A DNA stretch of 64,000 nt from a bacterium (lineage in GTDB: Bacteria; Bacteroidota; Bacteroidia; Bacteroidales; WCHB1-69), in NCBI GenBank assembly GCA_963643165.1, contig CAVIJD010000003.1:9213-73212 (forward strand), given 5' to 3'. The notes under the pieces were generated by a model. The model was given only the letters and a program-made list of their open reading frames with translations, did not search any database and was not told the DNA's origin. The translations under genes were made by a program, and so were the position numbers. Shown here in pieces: positions 8,969 through 16,645 of this stretch (position 1 is the first letter of the stretch; each line of letters begins with the position of its first letter).

Positions 8969-10456
8969 ATGAATAAGATCACAAAAACAACAAGTCTGTT
9001 CACCGCACTGGTTCTGCTGGCAATGCTGTCATCTTGCAAGAAGGAGGCTTCTCCTACCACCGGTTGGAACTATAACGACGCTAAGAACGGCGGCTTTGAA
9101 GTGGCCCCGTATGAGGAGCAGGCTACCGGCCCCGGACTCGTATTCATCGAAGGCGGTACTTTTGTCATGGGTGCCATGGAAGAGGATGTTATGAAAGACT
9201 GGAACAATAACCCGCGCCGTGTGTCCGTGGCCTCTTTCTATATGGACGAGTGTGAGATCTCGAACCTCGACTACCGCGAGTATCTTTACTGGCTGGAGCG
9301 TGTGTTCATCCCGCAAGACTTGAAAGTGGTTTACGACAACGCCGTGCCCGATGAGAATGTCTGGCGTGACCGTCTCGGATACAATGAGCCTGACGTGGAG
9401 TACTATTTCCGTCACCCCGCATTCAATACCTATCCTGTGGTGGGTGTCAATTGGCTGCAGGCCACCAACTATGCCGCTTGGCGTACCGACCGTGTGAACG
9501 AGAAGATTCTCGCCGACCGCGGCTATGTGGAATATGCAGAAACCCCGACCGCCGAGGGCTATTTCAATACGGATGCCTACCTCACCTACGAGACCTACGA
9601 GGCTGAGGGCGAAAAACGCCTCCGCTATATCTCTTCCGGTGAATACCGCAACGTGAAGATGGAAGACGGTATCTTGCTGCCGAAGTACAGACTGCCAACC
9701 GAAGCTGAATGGGAGTACGCCGCCCTCGGACTTATCGGCAATACGATGAACGAACGCGTGCTCGAACGCAAGGTCTATCCTTGGAACGGCCAACAACTTC
9801 GTACCGAAGACAAGAAATACTATGGCGATATGATGACTAATATCCGCCGCGGCAGAGGTGACCTTATGGGTGTGGCCTCCGCTTTGAACGACGCCGGCTT
9901 CAAAACCAAAGATGTCAGGTCGGACTGGCCTAACGATTATGGCCTTTACCAAATGGCCGGCAATGTGTCCGAATGGGTGATGGACGTCTATAGACAAGGC
10001 TCACACGATGATGTGGCTGAGGTCAACCCGTTCCGTGGCAACTATTTCGAGACTAAAAAACTCCTCGAAGACGGTACGGTGGCTGAACGCGACAGCGTCG
10101 GTAAAATTCCGATGGTTCCCGTGTCTGACTTCAAGAACGACCGCAGACGCAACTACCGCGCCGCTGACAACAAGAACTACCTCGACGGCGATTGGCAGTC
10201 ATTGCACGATATGGACAGCTGGAAGTCGGCTACCACGAACACAGAAGCTACCGACCAGATGTACCGCAAACTCTCTGACAACTACGCTTTCTCGTTGGTC
10301 AGCGACCATGCCCGCGTCTATAAGGGCGGCTCCTGGAGAGACATCCCTTATTGGTCTTCCCCCGGCTCAAGACGCTACCTCGACGAGGATGAGGCCGCCG
10401 ACTATATCGGCTTCAGATGCGCTATGGCCCGCGTGGGGACGCAAACCAAAAACTAA
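8969..10456 (+). CDS. gldJ: GldJ-like lipoprotein (SUMF1/FGE-fold, T9SS/gliding associated)
   Basis: Lipobox LLAMLSSC. TGWNYNDAKNGGFEV...EQATGPGLVFIEGGTFVMG...DWNNNPRRVSVASFYMDECEISNLDYREYLYWL matches my recollection of GldJ rather than the GldK/PorK N-terminus. It is adjacent to porU/porV as in F. johnsoniae (Fjoh_1555-1557). Confidence 0.7.
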   Translation: MNKITKTTSLFTALVLLAMLSSCKKEASPTTGWNYNDAKNGGFEVAPYEEQATGPGLVFIEGGTFVMGAMEEDVMKDWNNNPRRVSVASFYMDECEISNLDYREYLYWLERVFIPQDLKVVYDNAVPDENVWRDRLGYNEPDVEYYFRHPAFNTYPVVGVNWLQATNYAAWRTDRVNEKILADRGYVEYAETPTAEGYFNTDAYLTYETYEAEGEKRLRYISSGEYRNVKMEDGILLPKYRLPTEAEWEYAALGLIGNTMNERVLERKVYPWNGQQLRTEDKKYYGDMMTNIRRGRGDLMGVASALNDAGFKTKDVRSDWPNDYGLYQMAGNVSEWVMDVYRQGSHDDVAEVNPFRGNYFETKKLLEDGTVAERDSVGKIPMVPVSDFKNDRRRNYRAADNKNYLDGDWQSLHDMDSWKSATTNTEATDQMYRKLSDNYAFSLVSDHARVYKGGSWRDIPYWSSPGSRRYLDEDEAADYIGFRCAMARVGTQTKN

Positions 10457-10485
10457 GCCCCAAAACAACGCGTAACAATATCAAG

Positions 10486-10521
10486 GCGGAGGAAAATCCA
10501 TTTGGAGTTTCCTCCGCTTTT
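10486..10521 (+). terminator. Rho-independent terminator after gldJ
   Basis: GCGGAGGAAA(10486-10495) pairs with TTTCCTCCGC(10508-10517), followed by TTTTCGTTTG. Confidence 0.65.
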
Positions 10522-10569
10522 CGTTTGTGAGCCCTGCGCTTTTTGATAGCCTCGTGAGGATATATTTTA

Positions 10570-10577
10570 TATTTTTG
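10570..10577 (+). promoter_or_regulatory. -7 promoter box TATTTTTG for the yitT-like gene
   Basis: Exact TAnnTTTG, 26 nt upstream of the ATG at 10603. Confidence 0.5.
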
Positions 10578-10602
10578 CACTTTTAATTTTAAATCGATTA
10601 AA

Positions 10603-11547
10603 ATGCTGAAAAAGAACAAATTAAAAGATTTAGTGTGGCCCTATTTTCTGCTTACATTGGGTAGTTTTCTCTTCGCCGTCGGCGATGTGATGTTTGTGAA
10701 CCCCTATTTGCTCGCCCCGGGCGGCACTTACGGTTTGTCGAATGTTTTTAACACACTATGGCCCTGGAAGATTTCCTATTACGCTATCTGTATGGACATT
10801 CCGCTGCTGCTCATCGGAACCTGGATCTTAGGTCCCCGGTTCGGCATCAAGACTATCATTTCCACTATTCTTATATTCTGTTTCACCTGGCTCGTGGAAA
10901 CCGTGTGGGGATATAATCCGGTTATCCATGAGGGCATTTTCGAAACTGCCGTCACCAGCAATTGCGTGCAGATTCCGCACAGCGAATTGTTTTTCATGCC
11001 CGACTATTTCCTGAACACAGTGGTGGGAGGCGTCATCTATGGTGTGGCCATCGGTTTGATATTCAAGTCGGGCGCCACTTCGGGAGGCAGCGATATCATC
11101 TCCATGATTCTGCACAAATACACAAAGATTTCACTCGGCACCCTGGTGCTCATTGTGGACTCTTGCATCACACTCACAACCCTCGTGGCTTTCAAGCAGA
11201 TCAGACTGCCCATCTATTCTGTCATCCTTATCGCTATCGAAGGCAAGGTTATCGACCTTATCGTCGATGGCATCAAATCGTATAAGACCGTGTTCATCGT
11301 GACCGACAAAACGGACGAGGTCCGTGACTTCATCATCAACGACTTGAAACGTGGCGGCACTGTCTTCGCAGGCACTGGCATGTACCAAGGCTCTGACCGC
11401 AAGATGGTTTATGTGACGCTTGGCCGTACTGACCTTGTAAAACTCAAAGCCAACCTCCGCCGTTTAGACCCCGCCGCTTTCGTCAACGTCATCGAAAGTT
11501 CAGAGATTATGGGACTCGGTTTCAAAGCCCTTCCCGAAAATGAGTAA
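10603..11547 (+). CDS. YitT-family membrane protein (DUF2179 C-terminal domain)
   Basis: 314 aa with multiple TM helices. The C-terminal part (KTVFIVTDKTDEVRDFIINDLKRGGTVFAGTGMYQG...VYVTLGRTDLVKLKANLRRLDPAAFVNV) is typical of YitT/DUF2179. Confidence 0.8.
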   Translation: MLKKNKLKDLVWPYFLLTLGSFLFAVGDVMFVNPYLLAPGGTYGLSNVFNTLWPWKISYYAICMDIPLLLIGTWILGPRFGIKTIISTILIFCFTWLVETVWGYNPVIHEGIFETAVTSNCVQIPHSELFFMPDYFLNTVVGGVIYGVAIGLIFKSGATSGGSDIISMILHKYTKISLGTLVLIVDSCITLTTLVAFKQIRLPIYSVILIAIEGKVIDLIVDGIKSYKTVFIVTDKTDEVRDFIINDLKRGGTVFAGTGMYQGSDRKMVYVTLGRTDLVKLKANLRRLDPAAFVNVIESSEIMGLGFKALPENE

Positions 11548-11565
11548 CAGTCTGAATATTTTCAC

Positions 11566-11573
11566 TACTTTTG
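11566..11573 (+). promoter_or_regulatory. -7 promoter box TACTTTTG for purL
   Basis: Exact TAnnTTTG, 23 nt upstream of the ATG at 11596. Confidence 0.5.
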
Positions 11574-11595
11574 CCGCCATATAAATATTAAAGCC

Positions 11596-14500
11596 ATGCG
11601 CAACGCCCGTATCTTTGTAGAGAAAAAAGAGGGCTTCAATGTGGAAGCCGTCAGTCTGAAGGAAACCCTCAACCGCAATTTCAACTTGAACATCCGCAAC
11701 CTCCGGCTGCTGAACATTTACGACATCTTCAATGTCAGCGACGAGTTGCTGGAACGTGCCAAGGTCGGAGTCCTTTCCGAGCCCGTTACCGACAACGTGA
11801 CTGAGTCGTTGTCACTGGATGGCCAGACCTGCTTTGCGGTTGAATACCTGCCCGGACAGTTTGACCAGCGCGCCGACAGCGCCATGCAGTGCTTTTCGCT
11901 GCTTGACCCCACGACGGACGTGCTCGTCAAAAGCGCCCGCGCATACGTTTTCGATGCCGACTTGACGGATGCGCAATTGGCCCAAATCAAGAAATACTGC
12001 ATCAATGAGGTTGAAGCCCGTGAAAAAGACCTCTCGGTGCTGGCTGTCACGGAAAACCCGACAGCCAATGACATCCCCGTCATCGTAGGATTCAACAGTT
12101 GGACTTCAGAGCAGCTGGAGTCATTCCGTGTGCGTTTAGGGCTTGCCATGTCGTTGGAAGACTTGATGTTCATACAGCAATATTTCAAAAACGAGGAGCG
12201 CCGCGAGCCATTTGAGACGGAAATCAAACTGCTTGACACCTATTGGAGCGACCACTGCCGCCACACCACTTTTGAGACGGAACTTGCAAAGATTGTCTTT
12301 ACGCCCTCGCACCTGCAATACCAACTGCAGGAGGCTTACGAGACTTACCTTGCCTTGCGGAAAGCGGTTTATGGCGAACACACCGATAGACCGCAGACCT
12401 TGATGGATATGGCCAGCATCAATGGCAAATACGAACGCAAAGCCGGCAATCTCAACGACATGGAGATTTCGGAAGAGAACAATGCCTGCAGCATACAGAT
12501 ACAGGTGGATGTGGATGGCACGCCGGAGCCTTGGCTACTGATGTTCAAGAACGAGACGCACAACCACCCGACGGAGATTGAGCCCTTTGGCGGGGCTGCC
12601 ACTTGCGTGGGCGGCGCCATCCGTGACCCGCTCAGTGGGCGCAGTTACGTCTATCAGGCCTTGCGCGTGACGGGTGCCGGCAATATCAATGCCCCTGTCA
12701 GTGAGACACTTGAGGGCAAACTTCCCCAGTCGGTGATTTCTAAAACCGCCGCCGCCGGTTACTCCTCCTACGGCAACCAGATCGGCCTTGCCACTACCCA
12801 TGTCCGCGAAGTCTATCATGACAACTACAAGGCCAAGCGGCTCGAAATTGGAGCCGTGGTCGGTGCAGCCCCTGTGAGCCACGTGCGCCGCGAACGTCCC
12901 GTGCCCGGCGATGTGGTCATCATGTTCGGCGGACGCACCGGACGCGACGGCATCGGAGGCGCTACGGGCTCTTCCAAAGAACATAACGAGAAGTCGCTCG
13001 ACACTTGCGCTGCAGAGGTGCAGAAAGGTAACGCCCCCGAGGAACGCAAGATACAACACCTGTTCAGACGGCCTGAAGTTACCCGCCTCGTCAAGAAGTC
13101 TAACGACTTTGGCGCCGGCGGCGTGAGCGTGGCTATCGGCGAACTGGCAGACGGCTTGTTTATCGACCTCGACTCCGTGAGAACAAAATACAAAGGACTT
13201 AACGGTACCGAAATCGCCATCAGCGAGTCGCAGGAACGTATGAGCGTTGTGGTCGATAAGAACGATGTGGAGACGTTCTTCGAATATTGTCGCCAAGAGA
13301 ATATCGAAGCCAACATCATCGCCCGCGTCACAGACGACAACCGCCTTACGATGACCTGGAAGGGCAACACGATAGTGAGTCTTAGCCGCGATTTCATCAA
13401 CACGAACGGCGTACGCCAGAAGACAGAGGCTGCCGTGGCCGCCGTCCCCGACAATGTGCTGGAAGCCAGTCCCGTACAAGGTGACACGCTGAGCGAGAAA
13501 ATGTACAGTTGCCTCAGCAATCCTAACGTTGCCTCCCAAAAAGGACTCATTGAGATGTTTGACGCCACCATCGGCGCTTCTACCGTGCTGATGCCTTTCG
13601 GCGGAAAACGCCAACTGACGGAAACTCAGGTTTCAGCCCAAAAACTGCCTGTCCTCCACGGCCATACCGACACCACGAGCATTATGGCCTTCGGTTATAA
13701 TCCTTATATCGCAATGCGGTCGCCATTCCACGCTGCCGTGTTTGCCATTCTCGAATCTATGTCCAAAATTGTGGCTGTAGGCGGCGACTTTCGCAAAATA
13801 CGCTTCACTTTCCAAGAATATTTTGAGAAAATGGGACACGAACCCAGTCGCTGGGGCAAACCCTGCGCCGCAATGTTAGGGTCGGTGTGGATGCTCAAGC
13901 AATTCGACCTGGCCTCCCTCGGCGGAAAGGATTCGATGAGCGGCACTTTCAAAGACCTGAATGTGCCTCCTACCTTTGTGTCGTTTGCCATCACTACCGA
14001 AAAGTCGGGTACAATCATCTCTCCGGAGTTCAAACAAAAAGGTAATCACATCTATCTTATTCACAATAAAATAGAAAATTGTCTTCCCGATGCGCGGCGC
14101 ACTGCCGAAATTTTCGAATTTATGCGCCAGAACATTCTGAACGGCCGTATTGTGTCGGCATTTACATTGCAACATGGCGGCATCGCCGAAGCATTGGCCA
14201 AGATGAGTTTCGGCAACGACTTAGGTTTCGAGATTAACACAGACCGGAACCTGTTCGACTATGGTTATGGCAGTTTTGTCGTGGAAACTGCGTCAGAACT
14301 GGATGCCGACTTTGCCATATCGCTCGGCAGGGTGTCAGACCGTTTCAGCATCAATGGCGAGATTATCGACAAGGAGAAGTGTCTTGATGTTTGGCGCGGC
14401 GTTTACAATGGGCTGTATCCCGACGAGGTCTCGAATGAGACGATTTCTACGGGTGAGGAATTTGCCAATGGAGGTCAGAAACGTTTCAGCGAACACGCCC

Positions 14501-15315
14501 CCGTCAAGGTCGAGGTGCCAAAAGTTGTGTTGCCTGTGTTTCCGGGCACCAATTGCGACTACGATACCGCCAAGGCTTTTGAAGACGCCGGTGCGGAAAC
14601 GCAAATTCTCGTGTTCCGCAACCTCAACGAAAAAGAAATCAACGATTCTCTGCACGAACTGGCAGAGGCAATCCGCAATTCGCAGATTTTGGCACTCAGC
14701 GGCGGCTTCAGTTTGGGCGACGAGCCCGACGGCAGCGGCAAATTCATCGCTACCGTGCTGAACAACGCCCTCGTCAAGTCGGCCATCCAAGACCTTCTTG
14801 CCCGCAAAGGCTTGATAATCGGTATTTGCAACGGTTTTCAGGCATTGGTCAAGTCTGGACTGCTCCCGTTCGGCAAGTTGGGCGATGTCACAACGGCGTC
14901 ACCTACGCTCTACCGCAACAACATCAACCGGCACATCTCGCGACTGGTGCGCACACGCATATCCTCCGTTTCGTCGCCGTGGCTCACCTCTTTTGCTGTG
15001 GGCGACATGCACCGTATCGCCGTCAGTCACGGCGAGGGCAAGTTCGTGGTGACCGAGGCTATGGCCCGCCAACTTTTTGAGAACGGACAGGTTGCTTTCC
15101 AATATTGCGACGAGAACGGCAAGCCCAGCATGGCTCCATCTGACAATCCCAATGGCTCATTCTATGCCATTGAGGGTATTGTCTCACCCGATGGTCTGGT
15201 GCTCGGAAAGATGGGTCACAGCGAAAGAAAAGGCTCAGACTTGTACAAGAACATCGACGGCAACAAGACCCAAGATATCTTCCGCAACGCGGTGGAGTAT
15301 TTCAAGAGAGGATAG
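11596..15315 (+). CDS. purL: Phosphoribosylformylglycinamidine synthase (single-chain large PurL)
   Basis: 1239 aa. It has N-terminal PurS-like, central AIR-synthase-like (ETHNHPTEIEPFGGAATCVGGAIRD) and C-terminal glutaminase (GICNGFQAL...HGEG) regions. Confidence 0.95.
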   Translation: MRNARIFVEKKEGFNVEAVSLKETLNRNFNLNIRNLRLLNIYDIFNVSDELLERAKVGVLSEPVTDNVTESLSLDGQTCFAVEYLPGQFDQRADSAMQCFSLLDPTTDVLVKSARAYVFDADLTDAQLAQIKKYCINEVEAREKDLSVLAVTENPTANDIPVIVGFNSWTSEQLESFRVRLGLAMSLEDLMFIQQYFKNEERREPFETEIKLLDTYWSDHCRHTTFETELAKIVFTPSHLQYQLQEAYETYLALRKAVYGEHTDRPQTLMDMASINGKYERKAGNLNDMEISEENNACSIQIQVDVDGTPEPWLLMFKNETHNHPTEIEPFGGAATCVGGAIRDPLSGRSYVYQALRVTGAGNINAPVSETLEGKLPQSVISKTAAAGYSSYGNQIGLATTHVREVYHDNYKAKRLEIGAVVGAAPVSHVRRERPVPGDVVIMFGGRTGRDGIGGATGSSKEHNEKSLDTCAAEVQKGNAPEERKIQHLFRRPEVTRLVKKSNDFGAGGVSVAIGELADGLFIDLDSVRTKYKGLNGTEIAISESQERMSVVVDKNDVETFFEYCRQENIEANIIARVTDDNRLTMTWKGNTIVSLSRDFINTNGVRQKTEAAVAAVPDNVLEASPVQGDTLSEKMYSCLSNPNVASQKGLIEMFDATIGASTVLMPFGGKRQLTETQVSAQKLPVLHGHTDTTSIMAFGYNPYIAMRSPFHAAVFAILESMSKIVAVGGDFRKIRFTFQEYFEKMGHEPSRWGKPCAAMLGSVWMLKQFDLASLGGKDSMSGTFKDLNVPPTFVSFAITTEKSGTIISPEFKQKGNHIYLIHNKIENCLPDARRTAEIFEFMRQNILNGRIVSAFTLQHGGIAEALAKMSFGNDLGFEINTDRNLFDYGYGSFVVETASELDADFAISLGRVSDRFSINGEIIDKEKCLDVWRGVYNGLYPDEVSNETISTGEEFANGGQKRFSEHAPVKVEVPKVVLPVFPGTNCDYDTAKAFEDAGAETQILVFRNLNEKEINDSLHELAEAIRNSQILALSGGFSLGDEPDGSGKFIATVLNNALVKSAIQDLLARKGLIIGICNGFQALVKSGLLPFGKLGDVTTASPTLYRNNINRHISRLVRTRISSVSSPWLTSFAVGDMHRIAVSHGEGKFVVTEAMARQLFENGQVAFQYCDENGKPSMAPSDNPNGSFYAIEGIVSPDGLVLGKMGHSERKGSDLYKNIDGNKTQDIFRNAVEYFKRG

Positions 15316-15318
15316 GCT

Positions 15319-15915
15319 ATGAAAAGAGTTCAACTTGTCGTGGCGGACATACGTTCTGTGCCTCGTTCGGAGGCTTTTTCGCTTATCCTGAAAGACCGGC
15401 ACAGCGAGCGCTATGTTCCAGTCATCATAGGCATAAGTGAAGCTCGCGCCATTCTCATCGAATTGAATCAGACCAAGACGCACCGCCCGCTGACGCATGA
15501 ACTGTTTATGACGTTGGCCGACAATTTCCGTTGCTCCCTGCTTGAAGTCAACATCATCTATTATGAAGAGGGGGTCTATTTTGCAGACCTGGTCATAAGA
15601 CGGGATGACGGCTCGCTCTTTCACTTGGATGCCCGTCCGTCTGACGCCATAGCCTTGGCATTGAAGGCAAATGTTCCCTTTTTCATGAATGAGGACATCT
15701 TCAATGATAATTGTATGTGCGACCAAATGTGCGGCGAAGACGCTGACCCCGACCTCGACGATACTCTTGAGCCTGTGAGATTACAAGATTTGAGCATTCA
15801 GGAACTCGAAGATTTGCTAGATGATGCTGTCGAACTCGAAGACTATGAACTGGCTGCCCAAATACAGGCAGAACTGGACCAAAGAGAGAATTCTGGCCAA
15901 TCGTCTGGCGACTAA
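15319..15915 (+). CDS. Bifunctional nuclease (BFN/DUF151) family protein with C-terminal UVR motif
   Basis: 198 aa. VPVIIGISEARAILIELNQTKTHRPLTHELF...ARPSDAIALALKANVPFF is the BFN core, and ELEDYELAAQIQAELDQRE is a UvrB/C-type helix. The gene starts 3 nt after purL. Confidence 0.7.
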   Translation: MKRVQLVVADIRSVPRSEAFSLILKDRHSERYVPVIIGISEARAILIELNQTKTHRPLTHELFMTLADNFRCSLLEVNIIYYEEGVYFADLVIRRDDGSLFHLDARPSDAIALALKANVPFFMNEDIFNDNCMCDQMCGEDADPDLDDTLEPVRLQDLSIQELEDLLDDAVELEDYELAAQIQAELDQRENSGQSSGD

Positions 15916-15940
15916 TCAAAAGGAGCAATCCCAATGAGGT

Positions 15941-15969
15941 TTCCAAGTGATTGGAAAATTGTTTTTTTT
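15941..15969 (+). terminator. Short terminator hairpin after the nuclease gene
   Basis: TTCCAA(15941-46) GTGA TTGGAA(15951-56), followed by AATTGTTTTTTTT. Confidence 0.45.
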
Positions 15970-16006
15970 ACGACGCAATCAGCAAAAATACGACCGAAAG
16001 AGTAGG

Positions 16007-16613
16007 CTATTCCCAAATGTTCAGGTTCACATCCATTGACTCGGCGTGAATCTTATCCTCCAGCCAATCAAATTGCTCCTTGCTGACATGGCATTTGAAA
16101 TGTTTGTCCTCCAACAACACAATTTCATCACAACCCTGCTTCAAAGTGGAGAAAATATGAGAGGATATCAAAACCGTTTTATGCTTGCCTTTCAGTAATT
16201 CTATCAAGTCGAACAAAATCATACTGCTTTGAAAATCAATGCCGTTGAAAGGCTCATCTAAGATGTAGCAATCAATATCTTGCAGCAATACGGCAAAAAG
16301 AGTTATGACGAGCAGGTTTTCCACCCATCGGATCAAAAAGTAATTCGGCTTGGAAAAGAGATTCTGCATAAAATCGCAACGGTTTCTGTTGCACAGAGGA
16401 AGGAGAAACAAGAGTCCTCCGCAAAAATAGGATGGCGCAAAGTATCTCAGGTTTCCCCCCAAAAAAGGCAGGCAGCAGAACGGCAGAAAGCACCAGCAAA
16501 AAACCAAGCGCAGGGTGCAGGCCGAAACGTCTGATGCGGCGGCACAACAGGATGAAGTCCCATTTTATATTAGAAAGCAATGGGTTGGGCGTATCAGTAT
16601 TAAAAGAGTTCAT
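16007..16613 (-). pseudogene. Frameshifted, N-terminally degenerate ABC-transporter ATPase remnant
   Basis: ORF 16007..16507 encodes Walker B and the distal part (CYILDEPFNGID...VLISSHIF). The signature-like MGGKPARHNSF is in the other frame (ORF 16272..16613). The two frames join at a T5 run (aactctttttgcc, about 16283-16295). Removing one T gives ...PMGGKPARHNSFAVLLQDIDCYILDEP, with canonical signature-to-Walker-B spacing. I found no Walker A in any frame. A spot count of 16121-16180 gives 21/60 G+C. Confidence 0.55.
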
Positions 16614-16645
16614 AATGTTTAGTTTATCTCTTGTAAGCCAGCAGA

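Noticed and set aside
9029-9997. 322-aa minus-strand ORF inside gldJ
   Set aside because: It is antisense to the lipoprotein gene, which has a clear lipobox and an FGE-like domain.
12535-13614. 359-aa and 248-aa minus-strand ORFs inside purL
   Set aside because: They lie entirely within the unambiguous purL reading frame. The sequence is low-complexity antisense with no recognisable motifs.
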